From Candidatus Bathyarchaeota archaeon (GTDB lineage: Archaea; Thermoproteota; Bathyarchaeia; Bathyarchaeales; Bathycorpusculaceae): DNA of 64,000 nt. The notes beneath the pieces are model-generated. The model searched no databases, was not told where the DNA came from, and saw only the letters and a list, made by a program, of their open reading frames with translations. Each line of letters begins with the position of its first letter. The first letter of the stretch is position 1. The DNA is taken from contig CAVYES010000005.1 of the NCBI GenBank assembly GCA_963767735.1, positions 529,103 through 593,102 of the forward strand, read 5' to 3'. Position numbers and translations under genes: made by a program. This document shows, in pieces, positions 53,043 through 63,549 of this stretch.

Positions 53043-54767
53043 CTAATACACCCTTGCTTTCGGTTCAAAACGCGTAACAACCACCGGCTTGTACTGCACC
53101 TCAAATCCGCTTGGCCTACGGAAAATTAGTGTGTGCTTAAGCCAAGCTTCGTCATTGCGCTCGGGAAAATCCTTGCGGTAATGTGCTCCGCGGCTTTCTT
53201 CACGCTGCAAAGCAGAGTATACAATGGCCTCCGCAAGCTTCAGCATGACCTCCAGCTCTAACGCTTCCTCTAACTCATAATTGAAATGTTTTCCTTTGTA
53301 CATTAACTCCAGATTAGCCATTCTGCCCTGCAACTCGCGAATTCTCTCCAACGCCTGCTCCAAGCCCTTTTTGTCGCGGAAGACGCTGCACAATTGAGTC
53401 ATTGTCCCCTGCATTTCAGCACGAATTGCTGCGGCTCGTTCTTTCCCACCGATTCCAAGTAGCCTGTTGATTTTTGAGGAAACTGCCAATTCAGCATCTG
53501 CAGGCAGCGGCGCCAACGGGTTCTTACTAGCGTATGCTGTGATGTCTGCTCCTGCGCGTTTGCCGAAAACGACCAGGTCAACTAGTGAATTCGTGCCGAG
53601 CCTGTTTGCTCCGTGAACGCTCACGCAGGCGCATTCGCCAGCCGCATATAGCCCTGGCAAAACAGCGGATTTTTGGTCTACAAGCACGCGTCCTTGTGCA
53701 TTGGTTGGAATGCCGCCCATCATGTAGTGGCATGTCGGCGCCACAGGAATCGGAGATATGCTTGCGTCGATGCCAAGATATGTCTTCACAAACGAGGTGA
53801 CTTCTTCAAGTTTCAGTTGCAGCTGTTCTTTGCCAAGATGCGTCAAATCCAGATAAACGTAGTCTGATCCTTCAACGCCTCTGCCCTCAGCAATCTCTGT
53901 TAAGATAGCTCTGGAAATGATGTCTCGGGGGGCGAGGTCTTTTAATGTTGGCGCGTACCGTTCCATAAACCGCTCGCCTTTTCCGTTCCGCAAGATGCCG
54001 CCCTCCGCCCTTGCTGCTTCGCTGACCAATATGCCCAAATTGTGGATGCCAGTGGGGTGAAACTGAACAAACTCCATATCTTCAAGCGGAATGCCCGCGT
54101 CGAATGCCAAAGCAAAACCGTCGCCTGTGGCCGCAAAAGACATCGAGGTTGTTTTGAAGATTCTGCCGCAGCCTCCTGTGGCAAGCAAAACCGCTTTTGC
54201 ATGATAAACCGCCGGCTCACCCCTTGCCAACTCGTACCCTGCTACGCCGCAGCATCGACCCTCAGACGTTAGAACCGAGGTGACGAAGACTTCGTCGAAG
54301 ATTTTTACGCCCCTCACCAAGCAGTGGTCGTATAGTGAGTCCATAATTACGCGGCCAGTCCTGTCTGAAGCATAACAAGCTCGTCGAACGGGTGCTTCTC
54401 CAAAGTTCCTTGTATGCCCGCCGAAGCGGCGCTGCTCAATTTTGCCTTGGCTGTTGCGGCTAAAAGGCACACCAAGATGCTCCAGTTCAACGACTCTTTG
54501 GGGTGCTTCACGGGCAAGAATTTCGCACATGTCCTGATCCGGTAGGTAGTCGCCGCCTTTCACGGTGTCGAACATGTGCCATTCCCAATGGTCTTCCTCC
54601 TCGTTTCCTAGAGCCGCCGCCATGCCGCCTTGCGCTGAACCACTGTGGGAACGAGAAGCGTACACTTTGCTGATTACGGCTACGTTGCAGGTTTCTGAGG
54701 CTTTAAGGGCGGCTGTTAACCCTGCGATGCCTGCGCCAACAATTACCGCGTCATACTGGTAAATCAT
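53043..54767 (-). CDS. sdhA: Succinate dehydrogenase/fumarate reductase flavoprotein
   Basis: [29 protein letters not shown] and ESRGAH. Confidence 0.95.
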   Translation of the reverse strand: MIYQYDAVIVGAGIAGLTAALKASETCNVAVISKVYASRSHSGSAQGGMAAALGNEEEDHWEWHMFDTVKGGDYLPDQDMCEILAREAPQRVVELEHLGVPFSRNSQGKIEQRRFGGHTRNFGEAPVRRACYASDRTGRVIMDSLYDHCLVRGVKIFDEVFVTSVLTSEGRCCGVAGYELARGEPAVYHAKAVLLATGGCGRIFKTTSMSFAATGDGFALAFDAGIPLEDMEFVQFHPTGIHNLGILVSEAARAEGGILRNGKGERFMERYAPTLKDLAPRDIISRAILTEIAEGRGVEGSDYVYLDLTHLGKEQLQLKLEEVTSFVKTYLGIDASISPIPVAPTCHYMMGGIPTNAQGRVLVDQKSAVLPGLYAAGECACVSVHGANRLGTNSLVDLVVFGKRAGADITAYASKNPLAPLPADAELAVSSKINRLLGIGGKERAAAIRAEMQGTMTQLCSVFRDKKGLEQALERIRELQGRMANLELMYKGKHFNYELEEALELEVMLKLAEAIVYSALQREESRGAHYRKDFPERNDEAWLKHTLIFRRPSGFEVQYKPVVVTRFEPKARVY

Positions 54768-56046
54768 GTTTGTTCACTCCATTTATTTGGAACAAGGATT
54801 TTTCTGCTGATCTCTTGGAGACTATCGCAGCTTGTCATCATCATAGCCATACGCAAATCCTTCTTCACGTAATCAAGGTACTTTGCGACGGCTTCAGGTC
54901 CACCAGCCAAGCTCATCCACGCCAAGGGTCTGCCAATTAACCCACATCCGCGCCTAAAGCCAGCAGTTTAAGTACATCAAAGCCAGTGCGGACGGCGCCA
55001 TCAGCCATAATGGTTATTTTTCCCTTGTACGCGTCGGCTATTTCGGGGAGAACTTCAGCCACGCCTTGCCCGCAATCCATTACCCTGCCCGCGTGATTAG
55101 TAACATCCAATGCTTTAGCACCTGAATCAACCGCCTTGCCAGCGTCCTCAACGTTCATGATGCCCTTGTAAATCACTGGCTTCTCTGTGGCGTCAACCAG
55201 TTCTTTGAGTTCACGCTCACTTTTCCGATACAGCGGCTTGCCTCTCAGCGCCCAGTTAGTCGAGCCGTACCCATCCAAATCAACGCCGATAGCCAAAACG
55301 TTAGCCTCCTCACACCGCCTAAACAGACCCAGAAGCCTTTCCTGCGATTGCGGCTTAAAAACAGGAATCCCCCAGCCTTCGTTTCTGCCTATAACGTCTA
55401 TTCCAGGATGGTTCGGTGCATCAACAGTGTTGCCGCTTAAACCTATAGTGCCTGCCTGCTTCGCGCCCTCTATCATGCCCCGTTGAAATTCTTCTTCACT
55501 CAAAGCATTATTCATACTAATCAGTGTTCCACTGACGCTAGAAGCCAACACAGGCATCACGATTTTGTTTCCAAGAAAAGCGGTTTCAAATCGGGGTTCG
55601 CTATGTTCCTTGATAACCCTCATTTTCAGTTTATAATGTGAAAGAGCTTCAAAGTTTGCGCTCCAAGTTTTGCCCTGTCCTGCGCCCCCGAAACCGATGG
55701 GGTTGCCGTACTTCATGCCCTGGCAGAGCCTGTCAGGGTCTCCGTCACAGACCTTGTTTACCGCGCAGACCCGTGCAAGCTGCTTTCTGGCGATGTCACG
55801 GTAGTAAGAGATGTCTTTTGCTGGTTTTTCAGTTGTCGGCGGATAGTTTTTTTCGTATTTTGCCCTTTTCTCCGTGTATTCTTCGTCGTTGATTTCTTTA
55901 AGGTTGCCCTTCCAATGTCCGCAGACTGGGCACCGCCACTGCATAGGTATTTGTTCTATTTTGATTCTCGGCGGCAGTTCTGCTCTTTGGTCCCCTTTTT
56001 CCTCGTCAAAAGTGAAAGTTTCACAAAATGCACAGATGAATTTCAA
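54764..56046 (-). CDS. Rubredoxin fused to an FMN-dependent alpha-hydroxy acid oxidoreductase (frameshift near 54940)
   Basis: CAFC...WRCPVC rubredoxin; KGIM, TNHAGR, DGAVRTG; the shifted frame gives IGRP... and a stop overlapping the sdhA start. Confidence 0.85.
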
Positions 56047-56314
56047 GCATAAAACATCCGATAAGACTGCTTGAGAACTACTGAGTAAGCTCTCACTAAT
56101 GTCAAAGTGAAGGCTTCTAAAAAAGTTTTGCAGACTTTAAGTCTTGACACCAAAATAACACCTTAAAACGACAATACTCTCAGTATTGATATCAAAGTAC
56201 AGAACCAAAATCCCTAAACTCAAACTGCACAGATTAACCAACCACTTGTGATCAGCCTAGGCTTGAACGGCGATTATAAACTTCGCAGTAACTAAGCTCT
56301 GATATAATTCGGGG

Positions 56315-56797
56315 TTATTCTGGCTGCTCATACAGTTTTTCCAAAAGCTTTTCTTTAGTGAACATGTCTTTATGCATTTTTTGTGCTATCCCTAAATTAG
56401 AATAGTGGTTCATTGATTTCATTTTTATTAAAGCCATAAGCAAAAGTCTTTTTTCTTCATCTTGCTCGTCTATTTTAAATTTCTTAATTGCCTTTTTGAA
56501 ATTTGCATGAACAACAATTTCTTTCAAATCTGCCACTATATTACCCGCGTATGCGAAACCAATCGCGATAATGCCTATGAAAATTGTGAGTCTTTCAAGT
56601 AATGGAGCAAAACTATTCGGCAAAGCCAAAATTACAAGTTCAGCAACAATTAACAGAGTGACTACGGAAAAAGTTGTGTTGTAAACATCGAGTTCGTGAA
56701 GTACATTGAAAAGAGATTTTTCGTTATCTATCTTTTTAACAAGGTCTTCAATTAAACTATCATAATCACTCTCTTCGGGCACTTCAGTTTCTGCCAT
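56315..56797 (-). CDS. Hypothetical 2-TM protein
   Basis: AT-rich ORF with two hydrophobic segments. Confidence 0.6.
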   Translation of the reverse strand: MAETEVPEESDYDSLIEDLVKKIDNEKSLFNVLHELDVYNTTFSVVTLLIVAELVILALPNSFAPLLERLTIFIGIIAIGFAYAGNIVADLKEIVVHANFKKAIKKFKIDEQDEEKRLLLMALIKMKSMNHYSNLGIAQKMHKDMFTKEKLLEKLYEQPE

Positions 56798-56910
56798 GTC
56801 AGTCTATTTCTACGCTTTTCAGATTTAAGACTTCTCTGTTTTTGACCTTTGGGTCTTTTATTGCGCTTTATATAGCGAGTTTTCAGGGGCAAGCATGTTC
56901 AATTCTTTAA

Positions 56911-56949
56911 TTTAAGCCCTAAACTAAAAAAGCAGCCAAAAACAAGCCC
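56911..56949 (+). repeat. Dispersed copy of the 17.5-18.0 kb motif
   Basis: TTTAAGCCCTAAACTAAAAAAGCAGCCAAAAACAAGCC versus TTTAAGCCCTAAACGAAAAAATCAACCCAAAAC. Confidence 0.6.
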
Positions 56950-57105
56950 ATAACAAAACCGTCTACCGATAGACCACCCTAATTTTTGTGACAAAAAACG
57001 CCGTAAAAATATGCATCCGCAGCTGAAGCCCTCCTACAAAAAGACGAGTTTTGTAATTGAACCGCTTGCGTAATGTATAAATAAAAAGTTTGGTTTGATT
57101 ATAGT

Positions 57106-57942
57106 ATGACTTCTGATAATTTAGCTTTTGAATTTGTCAAGATAGATATGCCGCCGGAAAAACCAAGAGAAGTCGGAGTTATCGAGTTTAGAGGACCTTA
57201 CTATGCTGCGGTGAGTTATGGGTATTTGAAGGATTTGCTTGACGACTGGGCGTTTTATGTTGACGGCTACAAATTTGCGGGTGGCTCAATGAGGCTGCTT
57301 CCAAGCGCAAGGGTTGAGCAGATAATTGAGGTCTGCCATGACCACAAGCTCTACGTGTCCACCGGCGGGTTTGTAGAGCGAGTGATTGTTCAAGGAGGCG
57401 ATACTGTGGATCGGTACTTGGAGGAGTGTAAGCAGCTTGGGTTTGATGTTGTTGAGGTATCAAGTGGCCTTGCTTCCATCCCTGTGGAAGACCAACTTAA
57501 GATTGTTAAGCAAGTGCAAAAGTTAGGTATGAAACCTAAACCTGAAGTTTCAATGATGATTGGCGCGGGCGCAGGAACCCACATTGCAGGATACGAGGCG
57601 GGTATGAAAATGAAGAGCTTCGACCAGTTTTCTGAAGAGGTAGATTCTCACTTGAAAGCGGGCGCAAAAATGATAATGATCGAGTCCGAAGGCTTAACTG
57701 AAGATTTGCCTGTTGATGAATGGAAAATCGATGTCATCAAGAAGCTTGTTGACAGATTCGGATTCAAGAATCTGATGTTTGAAGCGTCTGATCCTCCTGT
57801 TTTTAAATGGTATCTGAAAAACTTCGGAAGAAACGTAAACCTATTCATCGATCACTCACAAATTGTCGAGTTCACCGCATGGAAAACAAGATTGTGGGGA
57901 GACCCCGAAATCTGGAAAGGGAAAAAGTTACATTATCCTTGA
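57106..57942 (+). CDS. comA: Phosphosulfolactate synthase family (ComA/HSA32-like)
   Basis: KFAGGS, STGG, VEVSSG, KPEV, MIESEG, MFEA and VNLF. Confidence 0.85.
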   Translation: MTSDNLAFEFVKIDMPPEKPREVGVIEFRGPYYAAVSYGYLKDLLDDWAFYVDGYKFAGGSMRLLPSARVEQIIEVCHDHKLYVSTGGFVERVIVQGGDTVDRYLEECKQLGFDVVEVSSGLASIPVEDQLKIVKQVQKLGMKPKPEVSMMIGAGAGTHIAGYEAGMKMKSFDQFSEEVDSHLKAGAKMIMIESEGLTEDLPVDEWKIDVIKKLVDRFGFKNLMFEASDPPVFKWYLKNFGRNVNLFIDHSQIVEFTAWKTRLWGDPEIWKGKKLHYP

Positions 57943-57968
57943 AGCATGCGGTTCTTAAGTTGACACGA

Positions 57969-59333
57969 TTAGCTGCGATTGAAATTTAGCAATTCCGTCA
58001 TTTGACGTATTTTTATGTGTTCGAGTTGAGTAACAGCGTCTATAACTCTCTTTTTTTGGTCTTGATCTATAAACTTGGAAGTAAGCTTGCTAAACTTTTC
58101 AGTTGCCTGCGCCAGGCTCATCGGTCGAGTTAAAAAGCCCTCATAATCCTCAACTGTTTTGGTCACGGTTTTTCCGTTTTTCAGATGAACAGTTATTTCG
58201 CAAGGCATAGCGTCAGGAAATCTGCTGCTGAACTCTTTTGAAGGATAAACTCGCACTTTTCTCAGAAGAGCTTGAACGTCATTTCGCGTTATTCTTTGGG
58301 GCAGGTATTGTTCTGGACCGACTGTGCCGTCTATGAGGGCTGCTGAAAGAATGTATGGAAGGCTGTGGTCTGCTTCCTCTTTTGTCCGAACCAGCTTCTT
58401 TTCTCCCTCTTCTCCTCCGCCGATTATCTTGAACGCAACATCAAAAATGTCTACGTTAATCGACTCTACATCTTCTGCTCTAACTCCATTCACATTTCGA
58501 AGAGTTAACATGCATTCTATTGCTGTTTGTGAATGAATCTCAGAATTGTACTTTTTTAGTATAGTTCGGTTCACTGCCTCAAGGTTTTCTTTGCTCCAGT
58601 CAATCTCGAAGCGTCCAGCCACGGAATCCATAAAACCTTTGTTGCCTTCGAAAACTTCCAATGGACCAGTTATGCCCTCTTTGGCTAAGAAAACCGCGTG
58701 CAGCGCACAAAAAGACATGAACGGATACGCAAGCCCTTTCCAATTGGAGAGTTCTCCAGTGCGTGTAACACGTAAGGCGTTGAGCGAAGTCCCGCTGACG
58801 GCGAGAGCGTTCGCAGTTTTAACAACGTCGAGTCCAAGAGCCTTTGATACACCAGCAGCCACGGCATATGCTCCTTGAGTCACATGGTCAAAACCCCTAT
58901 CTCGAACGGGAGCAACCTCGCTAAGTCGGCATTGAACTTGATACGCCACACCTAAAGAAACTAAAAATTCCTTACCCGATGCATCGGCGTATTCTGAAGT
59001 GGCAAGTACGGAAGCGATGTTATCGCTTGGGTGACAAGTCTCGCCTTTGGCGAGAAAACTATCGTTAAAATCCAAGTACCTAACTAGAGCGCCATTGTAG
59101 AATGCTGCTCTATCCGGCGAGTTTTTTCCGCCGCCGATCAAAGTGCAGAGGGGTAAACCGCCGAACTCGCTCTCGAGCTTGCGTACTGACTGTATCGGTT
59201 GAGCTGACATGGCGCCGATTGCGCTGCCTAACGCGTCAAGAACTCTGATTTTTAACTGATCCACAGCTCGCCCTGACAGATTCTCAAAGGAGGACGAAAC
59301 CACAAACTTTGCCAGTTCTTCAGCACAAGTCAT
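57969..59333 (-). CDS. prpD: MmgE/PrpD family dehydratase
   Basis: VRYLDFND, CHPSDN, GFDH, SNWKG and ADHSLPY. Confidence 0.9.
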   Translation of the reverse strand: MTCAEELAKFVVSSSFENLSGRAVDQLKIRVLDALGSAIGAMSAQPIQSVRKLESEFGGLPLCTLIGGGKNSPDRAAFYNGALVRYLDFNDSFLAKGETCHPSDNIASVLATSEYADASGKEFLVSLGVAYQVQCRLSEVAPVRDRGFDHVTQGAYAVAAGVSKALGLDVVKTANALAVSGTSLNALRVTRTGELSNWKGLAYPFMSFCALHAVFLAKEGITGPLEVFEGNKGFMDSVAGRFEIDWSKENLEAVNRTILKKYNSEIHSQTAIECMLTLRNVNGVRAEDVESINVDIFDVAFKIIGGGEEGEKKLVRTKEEADHSLPYILSAALIDGTVGPEQYLPQRITRNDVQALLRKVRVYPSKEFSSRFPDAMPCEITVHLKNGKTVTKTVEDYEGFLTRPMSLAQATEKFSKLTSKFIDQDQKKRVIDAVTQLEHIKIRQMTELLNFNRS

Positions 59334-59487
59334 TCAAGCCACATTTCCCATAACTTTCAAGTATTTTATTTGTGCATCAACTCTTAAAATCTGTCGCTTC
59401 TCTGAACTTATGTTTGCTTGTTCGTACACCGTCTCAGTTACGGGGAATTCTGCTTTGCTGAATAAATTTGTGTATAGTTCTAAAAAA

Positions 59488-59500
59488 GCGGGTCCGACGG
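59488..59500 (-). other. Possible att site: 3' remnant of a tRNA (Arg-like)
   Basis: The minus strand reads CCGTCGGACCCGC followed by TTTTTT, right after the integrase stop. Confidence 0.4.
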
Positions 59501-59541
59501 TACTTTCTGGCATATGTGCGAAAAGGTACTAGATTGTTGGG

Positions 59542-61053
59542 TCATTCCGTAGCCTCCTTACGGATAATCTGCTTGAGATTTTCGGCAAGAATCGAGAGCT
59601 GATGGTTCTGCGTTTGGTCCTGTGCTTCTGTGATGTTGCCTCTAAGCAGGGCGTCTTTAGATAGGATTTCTTCGGGGTTTCCTCCCCACGCTCGTATGAT
59701 TTCTTTGAGTTGATCAATGCGGTTTGTTTGGGTTTTTGGTCTGATCGCAAGCCCGGCTGTTGCGTAGAGGTTTCTGAGGGTTTCTATTCCTAAGCTCTGT
59801 ACGTCTTCATAGGTGCTGACTGTATGTCCCATCATGTATTCAATGATTTCCGAGTCGATTTTTGCTGCGCTGAGCTGGCTTCGGAAGAATTTTCTTAGAC
59901 TATGTGTTCTGACGCTGTACATCCAACTGTTAGGTAGTTTCTTTGAGACTTTAGTGCCAACTGCTAGGTCGTGGACGATTTTTCCGATAGTTTTCTCGCT
60001 GACGCCTAATGCTCTGTCTGTGACTTGGCTATTTCTGATGAGCGGGGATTCGTCTGTTAACTGTTCTGGCGGCATTGATCTTCCGCCTCGTTGTCTGTCT
60101 TCGATGTAGAGTTTTAGGAGCTGGCTTGCTTCTGCATTGATGAAGGTATCGTAATCGTGGTATTTCCCCTTAGTTATGGCGGCTTCAACATGAATGTGGA
60201 TAGGTACGCGGCCTGCTTCATAGTCCTCTTTGACGTGTCGGTATTTGAGTTTTGTAAAGGTTCCTTCGCGAAAGGCGCCTGATGCGATAGCTGCAACGAT
60301 GAAAGCTTCTCGTACGGCGGCTTTGTCTAGCATCAATGCGATTTCTTCAGGTTTTGGCGCTCGGTCTTTGTATGTTACCTTTCGGCTAAGCGGTTCGTCG
60401 AGTTCAACTTTTTTGATTCCGTTGGCATGGTAGAAGGTTTTTACTGATTTTACATAGTTGCTGACTGCACCTGAGCTAAGGTCTGAGTCTTGGAGGTAGG
60501 CTAAGTAGTCGCTTAGAAATTCACAGTGGCTCTGTACTTTTATGGGGTCGGGGATTGCGCCAACGGGTTTAACGTCTTGGATGATTACATCAGGATTATG
60601 ACCTAGCCATTCTGCGTATTTTCTGGTTTTGGTTGTATACATTAGGCAGCTGGCATGCGAGCCTGAACAGTGACGTAGAAAGTGTCGTGCCATCTTTAGC
60701 ATGCTTTGGTATTCAAAGATGTATGGGATTATGCTTGAGCGGTCCTTTAGGCATGAGCGTATGATGTAGTCTACGAGTCCTTTTTCTTGGGCAGCTAAGA
60801 TTTTGCTAAGTTGTATGGTGATCGGTTTTCTGAGCTTCCAACCGTCTATACTTCTTTCGATGGTGACGGTTTCGCCTTGGATTATCAGCGGTAGGTTGAG
60901 GCTTTTTAGTTCTTCAACGGTAAGGTTGCGGTTGCGGGTTATAGCGGAGGCTAAAGGTGCTGTGCGCTGTAGCAATCTAGTTCTCTCCTTTGGAGCTTTT
61001 TGCTCTGTGAGTTTTTCGCTCCGATGTCCGGAACGCATACTCATCTTTAACAA
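59542..61053 (-). CDS. Tyrosine recombinase / integrase
   Basis: SGAFREG (R), ITKG (K), HSLRKFF (HxxR), MMGH and downstream Y. Confidence 0.9.
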   Translation of the reverse strand: MLKMSMRSGHRSEKLTEQKAPKERTRLLQRTAPLASAITRNRNLTVEELKSLNLPLIIQGETVTIERSIDGWKLRKPITIQLSKILAAQEKGLVDYIIRSCLKDRSSIIPYIFEYQSMLKMARHFLRHCSGSHASCLMYTTKTRKYAEWLGHNPDVIIQDVKPVGAIPDPIKVQSHCEFLSDYLAYLQDSDLSSGAVSNYVKSVKTFYHANGIKKVELDEPLSRKVTYKDRAPKPEEIALMLDKAAVREAFIVAAIASGAFREGTFTKLKYRHVKEDYEAGRVPIHIHVEAAITKGKYHDYDTFINAEASQLLKLYIEDRQRGGRSMPPEQLTDESPLIRNSQVTDRALGVSEKTIGKIVHDLAVGTKVSKKLPNSWMYSVRTHSLRKFFRSQLSAAKIDSEIIEYMMGHTVSTYEDVQSLGIETLRNLYATAGLAIRPKTQTNRIDQLKEIIRAWGGNPEEILSKDALLRGNITEAQDQTQNHQLSILAENLKQIIRKEATE

Positions 61054-61429
61054 TAGGCTGTCGGCAATTTAATTTCCATTTTGAATTTTTTTGTAATGGT
61101 CGAATTTCCAGAACGCAGCTTTTTAAAATGATAATACCGTTGCCTTTGCCGCTCGAAATGCCGTGGCGCTGAATGGTTCTGTCATGCTCGATGAGGATTA
61201 TGTCTTGGTTCTGGTGTGTTAGCCAACCAACCGTTTCCCGCTCAATAGCCTCAGGGTTGGGTTGAAGAATGTTTTTGTAAATGACATGGTCCTTGTAACG
61301 CACGTAGAGAACTGGGTTTAGGGGGCTGGCGCCGGCGGACATGGTAGCATCCGACTTACAGTTGTTCGAACCGGCTTTGGTGCCAAATATGCAATCTGGG
61401 GTAGATGCATTATCTGTAAGCTCAGCCAT
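60977..61429 (-). CDS. Hypothetical element protein
   Basis: YVRYKDH...RETVGWL; ORF and context. Confidence 0.6.
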   Translation of the reverse strand: MAELTDNASTPDCIFGTKAGSNNCKSDATMSAGASPLNPVLYVRYKDHVIYKNILQPNPEAIERETVGWLTHQNQDIILIEHDRTIQRHGISSGKGNGIIILKSCVLEIRPLQKNSKWKLNCRQPIVKDEYAFRTSERKTHRAKSSKGEN

Positions 61430-61442
61430 TCCCTCCCACCTC

Positions 61443-61811
61443 TCAACGTAGTTTTCTAATTTTTCTTAGATACTCGTTAGCTTTTTTGAGTCTGTAAGTG
61501 TTAAAGAAAAGAATGGGTTTGCCTTCTACGTCTTCGCGGTAAGTTTGCGGGAACATTTGCTTGAAAAGGTCTAGCGCTGGCTGATTTTCGAAAACAGGCT
61601 TAGCATATTGATGGCTTTGGTCGAGATGTGTTTTGCAGAAGGGAGCGCCCAGTCTTGTTCTTCCACTTTGGTAAAAAACGTAGCCTGTAGCTCCTGCCCT
61701 TAACTCGCCGCAGACAACACAGCGGTAAAGGTTGAGTTTTACTCTGCTAATTGCAGACCCCATTGGAAAATCGGTGTTTGCCTCAGACATCGCTGTTGCC
61801 CTCGGTTTCAT
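61443..61811 (-). CDS. Hypothetical zinc-finger-like protein
   Basis: CVVC...CKTH. Confidence 0.6.
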   Translation of the reverse strand: MKPRATAMSEANTDFPMGSAISRVKLNLYRCVVCGELRAGATGYVFYQSGRTRLGAPFCKTHLDQSHQYAKPVFENQPALDLFKQMFPQTYREDVEGKPILFFNTYRLKKANEYLRKIRKLR

Positions 61812-62068
61812 CTGAAGAACTCTTCGTCTCGAAGGTGCTCGCTTATCTGGATGTAGCGATGTTTTTTGCAGAAATCAAGAATATTCAAAAGCTCAGGGTC
61901 ATCGCCTGTCTTGAATTCCTTCCTATATCCGATCCGACCTGTTTGGACTCTAATTTCAATGGTTCCATCGTTGCCAAGGAGTTGATAGAAACCAAGTTTC
62001 TCCCCAGCATATTCCGCGAGGACATCCCAGTCCTCAATTAAATTTACCACTTTGTTGTCACCTTCCAT
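61808..62068 (-). CDS. Hypothetical protein
   Basis: ORF overlapping the next gene by ATGA. Confidence 0.65.
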   Translation of the reverse strand: MEGDNKVVNLIEDWDVLAEYAGEKLGFYQLLGNDGTIEIRVQTGRIGYRKEFKTGDDPELLNILDFCKKHRYIQISEHLRDEEFFR

Positions 62069-62211
62069 GTCTTGCAGGCTAAGAATAAAAATGATCTATC
62101 GCTGCAAAGATGGCGCATCTTTGTGAGGGGTCGCAAAGATACCTGTCCAAAAACGGACATATTAGTTTCATCATCGAAAAGACAGGAAAAATGTGTCACA
62201 GTGTAGCTATA

Positions 62212-62584
62212 CTAGTAAATATCCAGGAATGTTGACAGTTCTTGGTTGTTAGCCGTATCTAAGAATTTCTGATTGCTTTTCTTATCAAATCGAAGCGCTG
62301 CTTTGCCCTTCAAGGTTATTCCATACACTTCACATTCTCCTTGAATCTTTGAAGGCCTCGTTCCAATAGAGGTAATGTAGCCGCCCTCGCTTAACGCATT
62401 CATACGTCTACCCACCGTCCCAGACGTCTTATGCCTGACACCCCTTAATGCGCCTAACTTCAAGGAATGCTTCGTGCTTAGTCAGTACTCTCAGCAGAAT
62501 CAAGAGCAGTATGATGCGATTTAGTTTTGCCTCCTTGCCACTAAACACCTTAAGCGGCGTACCATTGCATTTTTTCGGCGCCAA
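62212..62584 (-). CDS. Winged-helix protein (frameshift near 62445)
   Basis: VFSGKEAKLNRIIL...TVGRRMNALSEGGYI...YGITLKGK. Confidence 0.65.
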
Positions 62585-62931
62585 AGTTTACTGCTCCTCT
62601 TCCAGCTCTGGAGAGGACAAGAAGGCGTTGAAACTAGGTTATCACGTTAGCTCAGGTTTTGAGGAGCGTTTTGTCTGGGGTAAAATTGTGCTGTATACAG
62701 GAATGACTTGGGCAAAATTCAGAAGTGATTTTAGGCTTGCATAATTGTATTTTTTATGTTAAAAGTTCAGAGATGCTGCCGGCTTTAAGATGAATTTTGC
62801 CGAGGGTCAAAAGGCTGATTCCTGTATACAGGAAAGTTTTCACGGGTGCAATTTCAGGCTTTTCTGAGCAAACAAAAATGATGCGGGGGAAAAGCTTGAC
62901 ATTCTAAAAAAGACGGAGTAAATCCAGAGGC

Positions 62932-63213
62932 TTAGTCTTCATCTAACTCTGTTAGCATTATAAGAACTGTTTTGTCTTTTCGGGAAACCTCGATAGCTAA
63001 ATGTCTGCCCTTAAAGGGTACGAAAAACTCATGCGTTTCCTTGGGAAAATGAAGAGACACCTTATCAGACACATAGGTGTTTTTGCCATGCAAGTAGTCT
63101 CTTTTGCTTGTGCTAAATTGGAGCTTGATCTTTATTTGACGCAACTTAATTTCACCTGTGGAATCTTTGATGACTGGTACAGTTTCATGCGCTGTTTTGT
63201 AGGTTTTTTGCAT
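62932..63213 (-). CDS. Hypothetical protein
   Basis: ORF in the element. Confidence 0.55.
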   Translation of the reverse strand: MQKTYKTAHETVPVIKDSTGEIKLRQIKIKLQFSTSKRDYLHGKNTYVSDKVSLHFPKETHEFFVPFKGRHLAIEVSRKDKTVLIMLTELDED

Positions 63214-63428
63214 TCTGACTTGTTTGTTTCAGGCGGTTTTGGCGCAGGCGTCAAGGTAAACGTTAGCACGCCATTGTCGGTTCTAGGATCAAAGTCAAAG
63301 TCTTCGCTAAACACAGGGCTAAGGATTTTGTTGTATTCCTTGGGAAAAACAAACTCTATATCCTCAAGCTGGCTAAACCACTCTTTCTTACTTGCTTCTG
63401 AAACGGGCTTTCTAACTGTCCGTCTCAC
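63132..63428 (-). CDS. Hypothetical protein
   Basis: ORF in the element; its FPKE motif resembles that of the neighbouring ORF. Confidence 0.45.
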   Translation of the reverse strand: MRRTVRKPVSEASKKEWFSQLEDIEFVFPKEYNKILSPVFSEDFDFDPRTDNGVLTFTLTPAPKPPETNKSECKKPTKQRMKLYQSSKIPQVKLSCVK

Positions 63429-63549
63429 AATTAAAACAACCGTCTTTGCTCACCTCCATTTGGAACAGCTTGAACGTTCTTCTCAGGTTTGGATTCGAGT
63501 GGCACGCTTGCTTCATAGCTTTCTGAAGGGTTGGCTGCTTCAGGATCCG

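Noticed and set aside
57106-57942. Evidence of methanogenesis or coenzyme M use
   Set aside because: A lone ComA-family gene is widespread, and there are no mcr or comB-E genes in the window.
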